Positions 25,791 through 38,925 of a stretch of 51,424 bases of DNA are shown in pieces. The first letter of the stretch is position 1. Every line of letters begins with the position of its first letter. Position numbers and translations under genes: made by a program. Below the pieces are notes generated by a model. That model ran no database searches. It saw nothing but the letters and a program-made list of their open reading frames with translations, and was not told where the DNA came from. Origin of the DNA: Lama guanicoe (lineage: Eukaryota); assembly GCA_013239625.1 (NCBI GenBank), contig MU053860.1, forward strand, positions 62,001 to 113,424, written 5' to 3'.

Positions 25791-27906
25791 GTGAGTAAGG
25801 GGGAGGGGAGAGAGACCTTCAAATAATTTTGTCTTGTGAATATACAAAAAAGTGTGAGTAATACATTTACGCCTGTATATTCTGGATTTAAAACCCACTA
25901 ACATTTTGCTATATTGACTGCAGAGGTTCTTAGTTCTTTTAATAGAAATAAAATAAATAGAAGCAAAATAGTGAAGTTAATGAACATCTTAGAGTTGATG
26001 TGTGTTTGTATGTATTTTGATACCTCATCTGTTTATAACTATAATCTATTAAAAGTTAACTAGTTTAGCATAAGAGTTAAACAGAGGGATGTGACACACA
26101 TTGTTGGGGGTTGAGGCTGATCTCCTTGGGCAAATTATGTAGCCTCTCTGTGCCTTAGTTCCATCTTCTGTGACTGCCCCTGGGACCCTCACCACAGCTG
26201 ATTTCCTAGATTAGAAGTTGGGAGGGAGGCTGCTCTAGGGAGTGAGAAGTGGCAACTGCCAGGGACACTGAAGACAGAGACAAAAACTGATTAAAGCCGA
26301 TAAACTGAGTATAAATACCCTCAAAAGTGAAAGAATCCCATAGTCTTTTGAGCCACTTAGCGTAAGGGAAACAAAACCACGTGGACCCAAACTCCTTGAG
26401 CATGAGTATTGTGGGTGGAAATGTGTCATCAGAAAAGTGTAGAGAAAAGGCCTTTTGGTTTCCCTTGATGTTTCCGGTAAGGATGGACAGCAGAAGGGAA
26501 AACCCCCCACTTCAAAGTGAAAGTTGCTGTTTTGTGTGAAACTGATCAAAGGTTGGAAACCACTCATCAGAGGTGCTGGCAAGTGAACAGCCTTCTGGAT
26601 TGGGTGGGGCACCTACTGTGACTTCCTGGTGACCTGCTGGGTAGGGGCTGGGAGATGGGCAGTAGGTCTGCCGGGTGACCCGGGCACAACCCCGGACTCT
26701 GAAGCTGCTGATCTGACTAGCAGAGCTGGGCACAAGCAGTCTTAATGCAGCAGCTCAGGATGTGGCCTGGGACACCTGCCAAGCTGAGGGCAAGAGGAGG
26801 GCTCCCCTGAGGGGGTGTCCCTGTGGAGAGTGGAAAAATCCACCTGCAGGGATGGAAGAGCCTCTGAGCAGGGGGCCGGATGCACAGGCATGACTGGCCT
26901 GAGCACAGAGGGTTCGGGGAGCCAGAAGTCATATAGTGGCCGGAGCAGCCTTGTTCCTGAGAAACTGGAGGGAAAACATGATGAAAAGGCAGGCTGCGGA
27001 CAGACCCTGTGGTGGGTCAAGAGTGACAGTCAAGGACTGTTCAGATAGGCACGAGAGAACCCTGTGGGCGTCCCAGCTGGTGCATCATGCCAGAGGGAGG
27101 AGAAGAGTTATACAATATGCCACGTATTAGCTGTCTGACTTTGAGCAAGATCGCCCCACCTCTCTCTATATATCTTCATCTGTAAAGTGACACAGTGACA
27201 AGCTCGTGTCATCAGAAGGCTTAGTTTAGCTCTGATCCTCTGTGTCCAGTCCTATCAGTGCTGCCCTGCAAGGTTCTGCAGCAGCTGCTCTTACCCTGAG
27301 ATGGGAGGGCGTAGAGGGACATTGTAGCACCCAAGGGCAGGAGGGGGGTGCTTTAAAAACAGACATGTAGACTCCTGCAGCTGCAGGCCTGCAGGAAGTT
27401 TGGTTGACTGTCATCTTGGAGAGGACTTTGGAGGCCCTGGCATCTTCTTAAGACTTGCTTTCCCTTGGGGACTGGAATTGCCTTTGCAGATTAATGTTGA
27501 AGGTTTGGGCTTCTGACAAAGCTGTTTTCAGAGGTCGGTATATATATATAACATATCGTAAAGAATAAAATGCTTTTATGTAATGTGTGGGACTTCCCAG
27601 CTGTTGGGAACAGCTCTGTTGGCCTGGTCTCCACGGAGGACACTAGGGGTCAGCAGAGCGTGTGGGAGGGCAGGCAGCCCGCAGTGCTGCTGCAGGGTTT
27701 TCTCCCCAGTAGGGCACTTTGCTGAGTTGACTCTTCTCTGACATTGGTTGCTAGATAAGCAGACAGCAAAGTAATAATTTCTGGTGGGATTGTATAATGA
27801 CAGGAAGAATGAGGGACCCATAATTTTTTGGGACTAGAACACGCTTTTGGTTCCTGATCCAGTGTGTTCCATTACAGAATTGATGAGTTGTGTCTATTCT
27901 GGGACT

Positions 27907-28398
27907 TGATTGAAATAAACATTCAGCCTAAAGTTAAGAGTTATGTTTTATTTGGCGGGAGGACTCGAGCTGGGATTACAGCCTCTCAGATCACTCTGAG
28001 GGACTGCTCCCAAGAGTTATGGGAGGAGATAGGATATATAGGAGCTTTACAAAAAAGATCAGGTAGTTGGAACAATAAAAGATTGCTTGTTATCTTAAGA
28101 AAGCCAGATATCTCAAGTTCAAGAATTTAGTGCTTTTCTATTTATGGGAGGAAGCAAACATTTGGGTCATTGAATTTATTCCTTTGACAAACAAGCACCT
28201 AGCATTCTAGGGCCAGTATCCTGTCCTTTCTTATTCTGAGTCCACTCAGAGGGCACCACTGTGAGTGGCTGAGAGGCTGGGCTGCAGGCATGTCCTCGCT
28301 GAGGGGTGGCAGCAGCCACTGATTACTTGGTTTCAGCATTCTTTGTTTACTGACATGGTTGCAGTATTTTCATTCACATTGTAGTATTTTCATTCACA
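27907..28398 (-). mobile_element. 3' LTR of the provirus
   Basis: Minus strand runs tgtgaatgaaaatac...tatata...aataaaacataactc...tttcaatca (TG..CA, TATA-like box, AATAAA). Confidence 0.88.
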
Positions 28399-29319
28399 GT
28401 GCTCACCCTTGTTCCTAAGTTCAACCAATATTTTGAGAGACATTTCATGACCAATTTTGTCCCACAATGCTAGGATGGCTCATCCCTAGTTCAGGTGAAC
28501 AATCTTCTGAGCTGCCATTCAAGGTGTTAGGCTTTTTATCAGGCCCTGTTGATAATAAAAGTTCTCTGGATCGCCTGTATTACTAGTCTATTATGATCCA
28601 GGAAATGTTTACCCTTCGTTGCTCATTCCCATTCCTAGAATCACACTATTACAATTATTTTATGCAGGGTTATAAATTTTATCTATATCTTCAAGATGTT
28701 TAGCCATCATCAATCTTGTTGTTGGCCTAGTTACACATTGGGAAATGTAACAGACAACAGTTTTATAAAATAGACAGGATATAATAATACAGCTAGTAAC
28801 GTTAATAAAGTCACGAGTAAGAATTTAATAGTCGAGAATTTATATTTTGGGGTTAAAATTTGCTTCTGTTTCTGATTGAGTTTGAGTGAACTTATGAGAA
28901 AGTTCATAGTTATGGTCAGGGACAGAGCAGGTATTAATTGGCCAGGTGAGGTCTCCCACCTTGTAAGATCAACAGTGGCCTAAACAGAACTATAATTTAT
29001 TTTTAGAATAAAGTTTCTGAGGGCTATCTAGTTAGAGCCTTGGAGTAAATAAACCCACCAAGGTAACACAGAATTACGAGACATAGGTAATTTACCATAA
29101 ACTTGACAATTTGTGTGGTTCATAATCAAAGGTAGGAGAAATTATCAAAGTAATTATCAAAGTATCAGGCCTGTTCTGGTGTCTGGGGTCAGCTGTCTAC
29201 TTCAGATGTCGTATTCTTCTCATCCTGGCCTGGTAGCTTTTTCTCCATTTGGGCATTGTTTTAAGGTGAGCAGTGCTCTATAGGCCGGTGCACTGCAGGG
29301 ATGTTTCTAATAGGAAAAG

Positions 29320-29470
29320 AACCCGAAAGTCCATTTCCTTCAGCTTTGGTGTGTATGGTCTAGTTTAGAGTACCTGATTAAGGGTCCTTCCATTCAGGTT
29401 GGAGACAGTTCTTTAAGTCATGCGTGTTCCAGTATGTATAATCCTCTGGCTGCAGGTCATGGGGCATTGG
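29320..29470 (-). pseudogene. ERV1 pol integrase C-terminal (GPY/F) remnant
   Basis: Minus translation PHDLQPEDYTYWNTHDLKNCLQPEWKDP*, then after a frameshift QVL...KLKEMD. This resembles gammaretroviral HxLQPGDxVYWK...LQPRWKGPYQVLLT. Confidence 0.75.
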
Positions 29471-32400
29471 AACTTTACCCAAGGATAGATGACTGAGCTT
29501 CAGAAACAAACCTAGGGTATCCTTTTCATAATTCAATTAAACTTTACAGCAATGTGACATAACAGCAAGGAATGAACTGGGAAGTGTCTTAGTAAATATA
29601 GACCTCAATTAACAAAACTAGAATTTAGTATCCAGTAAAATATAATATTTATTCTCTCTAAAGTTACCCTCATTTTTCTCAAATATAGCCAAATAAAGAT
29701 TAATTTGTTTACAAGTTAAGTCTGATTATTTGATCATATAGGCTTTTTTAAATTGGTTGTGTTGGAACGTTTTTTGAGGAGCCTCAGGGTAGAATGTTAA
29801 TAAGGTTTTCTAAGGCCAGGAAAACCACATCAATGGCTTGTCATGGATTTCTGCCTTACAGATTTAGGTAAATTCTTTTCTCTTTAAAATCCTTAAAATA
29901 CCTTGAGATTCCTATATCTGTTAGGAGATGATCTTCCTCATTTGTCTGATAGAGCCACTGGGGACCTAAGAGTTTTTAGTCTCTTGAGGGATAAGAGAGA
30001 AAGAAAAGGTAACTGCTCCAAGTCGGATTACATAGGTATAATTTATCAAATTGCTGTGAATCATAAGTAGCTTAAGGAGAAGAGTTTCTTTATGTCTGGG
30101 AAACAGGTTAAAAGCCAGTAGTATTTCAGACAAAATCAAAAATTATTACCATATTCATCAGTTTACTCAGTCCCATGTAACTATTTCTTTTAATCAGAGT
30201 TTTCATTAGACCTTTAAAATTCCTTACCCAGTTTAGTTCAGTGCTACAGTTTGAAATTTATTAGAAAGCAGTAAATCTCCTTGAAGAGAAAGCATTTTGC
30301 AAAATCATCAGAAGAAAACAATTACCTGTCTATTAATGACGAAATATTTATCAGCACGGTTAAATACCTTTACACTATAATCGTTAAAGAAACCTGGTCA
30401 CAATAACCAGAATTATAACTGGTAACATATATTTCAGATATACCAGAAATTTAGGGAGTCCATATAATTTCTAGAATATCTATATTAATAACACTTTCTC
30501 ATACAATATAACCTAGGAAGATTTATTATTCATTTGACAGTATCATGTTTTTTAACATGCCAAATGAAACTTACTAGGTAAAAATCTCTCTTTGGGATGT
30601 TTCAGGGGCCCTCTGTAGCATCCCAAATTTAACTGGAGATTAAAAGAACTTTAATTAGAAATTGATATTTGGCGAGCTTATTAAAAGATTTCAAAACACT
30701 TGGTCAGATAAACATATAGATCATTGTAAAGTAGTACTTATTCATTACCAAGAAAATATGTCAAAGATAAAGGCAGAACAGATCAGTTAAGTGGTATAAG
30801 AAGTTTTACAATTTTTCACTGCAGGTGGATTAACATTTTAAGAAAATTTTGTCCTCTTAGCAGAGAGAAAACCATATCTAGCCTTGTAGCAGCTTACTTC
30901 TAAGATTTATTTACTTTGCCCAAGTTGATTCTAAACTTAGCCGATTCTGATCACGTACAAAACTCTTTCCTCAGGTTTCCTCTCTCAGAAGCCTTCCACA
31001 GCTTTCTATACTCATATTAGTTTGTCCCTTATTTTCTCTTCCATTCAGAAGTAACCAGCTGAAGGACAAAGTCACTATTTTTCATTAACAAAATAAAATT
31101 TCAATCCTTATATCTTCTTTTACACATTTATCTTACTTTCCTAGGATACTGAAATATTTCCCTTAATAATAGAGAATATTTTAGGGTGGCACAAACCATT
31201 TATTAATATTTCTAAATACCTTTAGTTTCTCTGTGAGAGGAAGTCAAATTTTAAGTAATTAATATTTCAATCTTACTTTATCTGAAAATGGCATAGTTAT
31301 TTATTAAAATCCTATCATTTAACTTAATTTAGCACAACTCTAGAAATTAAAGATACCAAACATTTAGAGATTATCTTAAGCATACATTTTAAAAATATAT
31401 TTTAAGGAATTTACCCAAAGCTCTCATCTCATTTGCATTTAATTTAAATAAATTTTTACCACACCACATTACTATTAATTTTTTTTGACAAATCTGCAAT
31501 GGTTGTAACAGGATCTTATTTGACTTTCATTAAACCTAGGTACAGTAAAGCTATTATACTTAATATTGATGACTTTAAAGATGTCTATATTAATTAGAAC
31601 ATGGTTAAACTTAACTTAATATCAAATATTACCTTAATATTGAATATTTTCCAATTCTCATGAACCTGAAGGTCAATATGGTCAGTTTTTATTTTAAAAA
31701 TACTTAATTTGTAAGCTGTTATTTTTTACTTCATTTAAACAAAGCTCTTTGACTTTGATTTTTTTTTTCCAGCTGTAGAAAAATCTCATATCTATAATGT
31801 GTACACTGGCTTATAAACAGACAAAAGCTAGGGATCTCATAGCTTCACTTTAAAACTTACTTGTAAGATAGATATAATAATAGTTGGAGTAAGCTGAATT
31901 TACTTGCTCAAATGACTAATGCTTACTATCTGTGAAACAGACATTTAAGACTTCTTGACAAAGTCTGAAGGACCAGTCAGAGTTCTGAGTTCTAAAATGC
32001 CAAAAATTTCTTTGGCTTTAAGTTTTATCTCGTTGAGCTAATTAGGCTCAGCCCTAGGTCACTGTTTGCTGTATTTACATTTCTGTTTGGCAAGACAAAA
32101 ACACACGCTTCCAGTATGCAGAGAACTGCTCTGTCACCCAGGCCTAATGGTATCTCCTTAATTTGCTTTTTTGTATCATTGAGAAGAGCTGTAAACAAAG
32201 AATTCCATGTTTTAAAACTTTAAAGTTTACTTTATCTGGTCTTCCAAAACTTACATAAGGCATTTAGTAAGGTCTCTTTTCCTTGAGTTATAAGTTAAAC
32301 CCAGGGTCAACCTCTTATTATATTTTTTAATTAGCCACTGAATAATAGTTTTTGGTTTTATGTTATATTGGACAGCTCATGTAACTTTATTGATTTTCTT

Positions 32401-32798
32401 TAGTTTGTTCAATTAATATTTTCTGAGGGACACATATGTGCCCAGCCTTATAATACCAAAAAGGGGAAGCGTTTTTCCATTGAAACATATCTATCCCACA
32501 ACATAATTAAGCAAAAGTTTTATATAAAGCCCATTTAAATATACCAATTTTACAAACTTTTACCTCAATTTTATTAAATCTTTTACATTTAAATTTAATA
32601 TTTATTAGGTTTAATCAATAATTCTTATTTCTAGAAAGAGTGCCAGAAGCCTTTTTTGTTTTTTTTTAATGTGCACTGTAACTAATTTTATAGAAAAGTC
32701 TCTGGGATCCCCAGGTTTGAGCCAAAGATCTTAGGCCCTTCTCAATTTTTAATTTGATTAATTGGTCTGTTGCCCCAATCATTGATCAAGTATCTCAG

Positions 32799-32843
32799 TC
32801 TCTCTCTCTTTCTCTCTCTCTCTCACTCTATATATATATATAT
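32799..32843. repeat. (TC)n(TA)n microsatellite inside the ERV
   Basis: Directly visible. Confidence 0.85.
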
Positions 32844-33054
32844 ACATATTTAGCCCTATAAATACATACATTTTAAACTGTGGTAAATAAAACGGACTTC
32901 TTTGAACTTTAATGTTGGGGGGCAGTAGGTGATCTCTTTGGCCCTTTTTTTATTTCACTTTATGTAGTGTAGTATCAAAACCTTGTATCTAAATCCAAAA
33001 ATTTCCTTTCTATTTATCTCATTCAAAATAACCATATAAAAATATTTATCCATT

Positions 33055-34793
33055 TGGAAAGATATTCCATGCTCTTGGATTGGAAGAATCAATATTGTTA
33101 AAATGGTCACACTGCCCAAGGCAATCTACAGATTTAATGCAATCCCTATCCAATTACCCAGGACATATTTCACAGAACTAGAACAAATCATAATAAAATT
33201 TATATGGAACCATCAAAGACCTAGAATTGCTAAAGCATTACTGAAGAGAAAGAAAGAGGCTGGAGGAATAACTCTCCCAGACTTCAGACAATACTATAGA
33301 GCTACAGTCATCAAGACAGCATGGTATTGGTACCAAAACAGACATATAGACCAATGGAACAGAATAGAGAGCCCAGAAATGAACCCACAAACTTTTGGTC
33401 AACTCATCTTCGACAAAGGAGGCAAGAATATACAATGGAATAAAGACAGTCTCTTCAGCAAATGGTGTTGGGAAAACTGGACAGCAGCATGTAAAACAAT
33501 GAAGCTAGAACACACCCTTACACCATATACAAAAATCAACTCAAAATGGATTAAAGACTTAAACATAAGACAAGATACAATAAACCTCCTAGAGGAAAAC
33601 ATAGGCAAAACATTATCTGACATACATTTCAAAAATTTTCTCCTAGAAGAAATAAAAGCAAGAATAAACAAATGGGACCTAATGAAACTTACAAGCTTCT
33701 GCAGAGCAAAGGAAACCAGAAATAAAACAAGAAGAAAACCTACGGAATGGGAGAAAATTTTTGCAAGTGAAACCGACAAAGGCTTGATCTCCAAAATATA
33801 TAAGCAGCTCATACGACTCAATAAGAAAAAAATAAACAACCCAATCCAAAAATGGGCAGAAGACCTAAACAAGCAATTCTCCAAGGAAGACATACAAATG
33901 ATCAAAAAGCACATGAAAAAATGTTCAATATCACTAATTATCAGAGAAATGCAAATCAAAACTACAATGAGGTATCACCTCACACCAGTCAGAATGGCCG
34001 TCATTCAAAAATCCAAAAATGACAAATGCTGGAGAGGCTGTGGAGAAAGGGGAACCCTCCTACACTGCTGGTGGGAATGCAGTTTGGTGCAGCCACTATG
34101 GAAAACAGTGTGGAGATTCCTCAAAAGACTAGGAATAGACTTACCATATGACCCAGGAATCCCACTCCTGGGCTTGTACCCAGAAGGAAATCTACTTCAG
34201 GATGACACCTGCACCCCAATGTTCATAGCAGCACTATTTACAATAGCCAAAACATGGAAACAACCTAAATGTCCATCAACAGGTGACTGGATAAAGAAGA
34301 TGTGGTATATTTATACAATGGAATACTACTCAGCCATAAAAACCGACAACATAATGCCATTTGCAGCAACATGGATGCTCCTAGAGAATGTCATTCTAAG
34401 TGAAGTAAGCCAGAAAGAGAAAGAAAAATACCATATGAGATCGCTCATATGTGGAATCTAAAAAACAAAAACAAACAAACAAACAAAAACAAAGCATAAA
34501 TACAGGACAGAAATGGACTCATGGACAGAGAATACAGACTTGTGGTTACCGGGGGGGGGCGGGGTAGAGGGTGGGAAGGGATAGACTGGGATTTCAAAAT
34601 TGTAGAACAGATAAACAAGATTACACTGTATAGCACAGGGAAATATACACAAAATGTTATGATAAATCACAGAGAAAAAAATGTGACAATGAGTGTGTAT
34701 ATGTCCATGTATGACTGAAAAATTGTACTGAACACTGGAATTTGACACAACACTGTAAAATGATTATGAATCAATAAAAATGTAAAAAAAAAA
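33055..34793 (+). mobile_element. 5'-truncated LINE-1 (~1.74 kb) nested in the ERV
   Basis: Open ORF2 C-terminal frame 33103-34461, 3'UTR, AATAAA and poly(A). 14-bp TSD atttatccatttgg at 33044-33057 and 34794-34807, with 3-nt TGG microhomology at the 5' junction. Confidence 0.97.
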
Positions 34794-36150
34794 ATTTATC
34801 CATTTGGGATAAGCCCTTTATCTTTTTTTTTTGTTGTTAAGAAAAAATTGACATTTTTACAATCCTTTTTCCAGTTATTCAATCTAATTAACATTAATTA
34901 TTCTAAATTTTTATTAGCATCTCTAAAACCATTGATGGGAAAAGAAAAACACAAATGTAGCTTTTCAAACCACTCTTTTTTATTTTTTTAACTAAGTTCT
35001 TAGGTTAACCATTAGATATATTTTTCTACCTTTAAACTTGATTTTAATAGGTACCAATAAAACAGCTTTTTATAATGAAAGCTCTTTCAAATTTCACCAA
35101 TTTAAATGTTTTTCCAAATTAAAGGATCCATCATATGGCCATCAATTAATATATATATATATATATATAGTGATTTTAAACCAATAAGATGAAGAGGATT
35201 TTCCACATGAAAGTGGGGGTGTTGCCTAAATAAAATTCAAAAGTTTACTTTCCAAATGCTAACGGCCTTTGTGGTCCGGGGTGATGCAACAAAGGTTAAG
35301 TTGGCAAAATGCCTGAAAACTGGGGCAAAGGATATTTGAGAATCCCAATTTATTTGCATGGCCACCATATGTACACAATACTTCTACCTTTTGTATGGCA
35401 GAGTCCAAGTTTTCCTTAAAAAAAAAAGGAAACACATATATACATACATACACACCCATAAAACACCCAGAGAAATATTAAACCTTTACATTTCAAGGAC
35501 ACAGGAAGAAAAATCCAACTTCCCCCTAAAGGGGTTTTTGTTTTTATAAGTTCAGAATTCCAAAAAATGTTTTTATCAAGCCTGGTTAGTTACTATCAGA
35601 GTGAGATTTTTGTTTTAATTCCCAGTTAAAGTTGTAAGTTTTGTACGTATATAAACCTGGCTGAGGTATTAGTTGGAGGCTGGCAATCTGTCATTTCTTT
35701 TTCTTTCCTTTCTGTTTTGTTTGTTTGTTTGTTTTTGAATGTTCTATTCCCCATTCTAAGGTCAGCTTGTCAGAATAAAATTGCTAGTAGGTTTTCCCGC
35801 AGGGACAATTCTATGGCATGAAGTCTTTGCCTCTACAACTCCTGCAAGTACCTCTGTCACCTGAGAAAGCTGTTACCAGCCAGGAGGAGGGTCCCATTTT
35901 TGGAGTTGAAATGTTTCTCATAAGAGTTTTACTTTTATCCCGAAAAATTCAGTGGAGGTAATCAAATTGAAGAAAGCATTAGACCAGCCTCTTACATATC
36001 CACTCTGTCCTGAACCCAGTGTCTTTCAACTTGGACACACTCGGGATGTCTCCACTGGGTGAGTATTTTCCTGGTACCTTACCACCAGCCCCACCTTGGA
36101 CATCTCCTCAAGGTGAGTAGTATTTCCTGTTATCTTTCAACCAGGCCCTA

Positions 36151-36611
36151 TGAAGGAAAAGATGGGCTGGTCTCACAAGATAACTCACAAGTCTAGGAAT
36201 GTGAAGGAGAGGATGGGCTGGGCTAACAAGATAACTCACAAATCTAAGTATTGGAATACTTATCTGAGTTCTGTTACACTAACTTGTAAATCTAGGTTAA
36301 TTAGTGTTGGTTCGCTTTTCATGATTTTTGCTAGCCAGCTGGGTTTTCAAAGATACGTATCTGGCTTTGGAATGTTGGTTTGCTGCCTCCCCCCCCCCAC
36401 TTTTGTGATGATAATGCTGCTAAAGGTGTTCCATGCCTATTAGCCAAATATCCGAAGCCTGTATTTTACCCTATAAAACCTCATGCACAAGTCTTGAGGT
36501 GTTCAGAGCTTTGGAGCAGAAGCCCCTCTGAGCCCGCCAGCGTAATACATCTGAGTACTCCAGTCCTCCGAGTGGTGCTTGTTTCTTGACTGGCCTGTCA
36601 TTTCCATAACA
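36151..36611 (+). mobile_element. LTR of a second ERV family, opposite in orientation to the provirus
   Basis: tgaagg...ataaca termini, TATA (cctataaaa, ~36470), AATACA-type polyA-like signal (~36544) and a ~51-bp tandem repeat at its 5' end. No resemblance to the 27907-28398 LTR. Confidence 0.8.
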
Positions 36612-36999
36612 GTATTTTCGTTCACAGACTGATTATGGATAATCTGGAAACTTGGAAAGGAACTGAGATGGAATTACTGCAGGTACCTTCTACTTTAATA
36701 AACAGTGTGCAAACATAAACAAAGATGAAGCATACATTTGGATTTGGTAGTGTAGGGAAGAGTTTCTGCACATTACAGGAGAAGCCAAGGCAGAATTCCT
36801 CTTTGAGGACAGGGACGTGAGTCCACCTGTCTTTTCTGTAGTGGTTTCTGAGAGCAGTTTATGGTAATTAACCCACATTGACAAACGGTGTCACACATTG
36901 CATTTAAGGCTGGCTAGCTGCAAACTTGCGTATTGGACAGGTGGATTTCATAGGCAAGTGGTCAGATGGATGGGAGAGAGATGGAGCCCAGGCATGGGC

Positions 37000-37190
37000 C
37001 CAGATTCAGGTTTAAATCACCATTTCTTCACCATAGGGCCTTGGAGTAGAATGTAACCTACCGTAACCTGTTGGTGAATCTGTGAAATGGGCATGATAAT
37101 ATTCATTTCTTCCTGGGTTTGTTGTAAGTTGTAAACAATACTATGGCACACATGAAGCACTTAACACACTGGCACTCAGCAGTGTTCACT
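37000..37190 (+). mobile_element. MIR fragment
   Basis: caggtttaaatcacc...tctgtgaaatgggcatgataat...tgaagcacttaacacactggcactcagcagtgttca. Confidence 0.65.
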
Positions 37191-38925
37191 GTGTACACCC
37201 GCCCCGCTTGGCATGTGTCAGAACCATAAGGGCAGCATGTGTCTGTTGAGGACACACTGGTAGCCCCTTGAATAGGTTGTGAACTTGGTGATTTCTTTTA
37301 ATCCTTGTAACTCTGTGTGCCATGGGCAGTTATTTTCATGGACAGATGAGGAATCTCAGGGTAAAGAAGACTGTGTGATTTGCCCAAAGTCAAACCATAA
37401 TTTTGGGTGCAGGGGCCTCTGTTCAGCATGGGCCCCTGGGCCTTCTGCCCTCTCTGTTCAGCACCAGAGGCAGACGTGGGGTCGCCTGTCTCCCAGCCCA
37501 GAATATCCAGCAGGCAGCAACACACACCTGGCCCTGTGCTGCTTGAGCAAAATCTCCGGAGGGGAGGCAGTTACAAAAGGGATAAACATAAAAACAGACA
37601 ACTGCAAACTGATCAGCTCTGAGAAGGAAAGAAACGTGCCTCGCCGTGCAGAGCTGGGAGATTTCCCGTTGGGGCTGCTTTGGGGGCGTTCATCTCAGCT
37701 AAACAAGCTCTGCTGCTGCACCAAGACAGGAAGGCAGGGCACATGTGACCAGGTAGACTGGGCCTCATTGATCATACTCATTCCCCATTAAGCAGCAGCT
37801 GTCACAGGCACTTACCTAGTAAACACATGTCGACCATAATCATCACGCACTTTGCTCGGTAGTTTTATTGGCCCCACTTTTGAGATGAGGTAATTGAAGC
37901 TGGGGAGTTTGCTGCATACCCGTGATTAACTTGGTAATTCCCCCACTGGTCTTTCAACCTAGACTGGTGTGGCTGTCATGTCCCAGCCCTGTGAATGGCA
38001 TCGTGTAGCTTCACCCAAGTGGCCCAAATGACTGACATTGATTTTCTTAATTCGTAGGAAATGGTATGAGACATTAAGAGAAAAAGGTAGTATGAAATTG
38101 TTTGGAAAACTAGAAAAAAATCCAATTCTTCCCCAGCTGGGGGAGCGTACCCAGTGTTACTCACCCCACTCACTGCCTGGCGCCTCCTCCCTGCTGACTC
38201 CGTGTTCAGAAGCCACTCTGAGCCTTTGAAGAACACTTTTCCTCATGACACTGTTGACTAGGACCTGTGACCTCTCTGTCCCTGGTTAACTCTCTCTTCA
38301 AAGCCATTTAAATTTTTTGCAGGCTTCTCCACTCAGATGTAAGAATAGCCTCTTTAAACTTCTTGATGCAGCTCCTTAATGAAGATCTTGAAAAGGAAAC
38401 CTAGCCAAAACCTGGGAGGTATGCACATAGTGACTGTAATCTCAGCAATTTGAGAAGGTCAGAATCAGAGGGGTGGGTGACTCAGAAAAGGCTTTTTAAG
38501 GTAACAAGGGGAAAGTGAAAGGACGCAGGCTGTGTGAGATGAAACATCTCGGTCCCAGCCAGCAAGGCACCTGCGTTCAGGATGGTGTGTGGGGAGTGCA
38601 GAGTTCTCACAAAGGAAGAAGTGGTGGGATGGGAGGGAGGACAGTTAGGTTCTTTACTCAGGAAGGAAAAAGGGGGCTGAAAATTTCCTGGTTGAAAAAG
38701 ATGACTGTGACATGATGTGCTTGTATTTTGGAGAGAAGGGTTTTGTGGGGATAGGCCTAGGGAGAATGCTCTCTGGCTGGGGAGTCAGCACAACAGGAAA
38801 CCACAGAGAACAGGGCAGACCCCAGGTCCCCTGCTGTGGGAGAGGCTGCCTGCCAATTCGAGCCCTCAGGGCTGCTTCTGTCTGTTGGCTGGGGCCTCAG
38901 AACTCCCTTCACAACCCAGTCGTGC

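Larger units (their letters stand above)
27907..36626 (-). mobile_element. Non-autonomous ERV1-type provirus (MER4-group-like, AT-rich internal region)
   Basis: Bounded by a 4-bp TSD GACT (27903-27906 and 36627-36630). 3'LTR at left, PPT-like ggaacaagggtgagcac next to it, integrase remnant at ~29320-29470, and LTR terminal bases repeated at 36612-36626. Confidence 0.85.
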
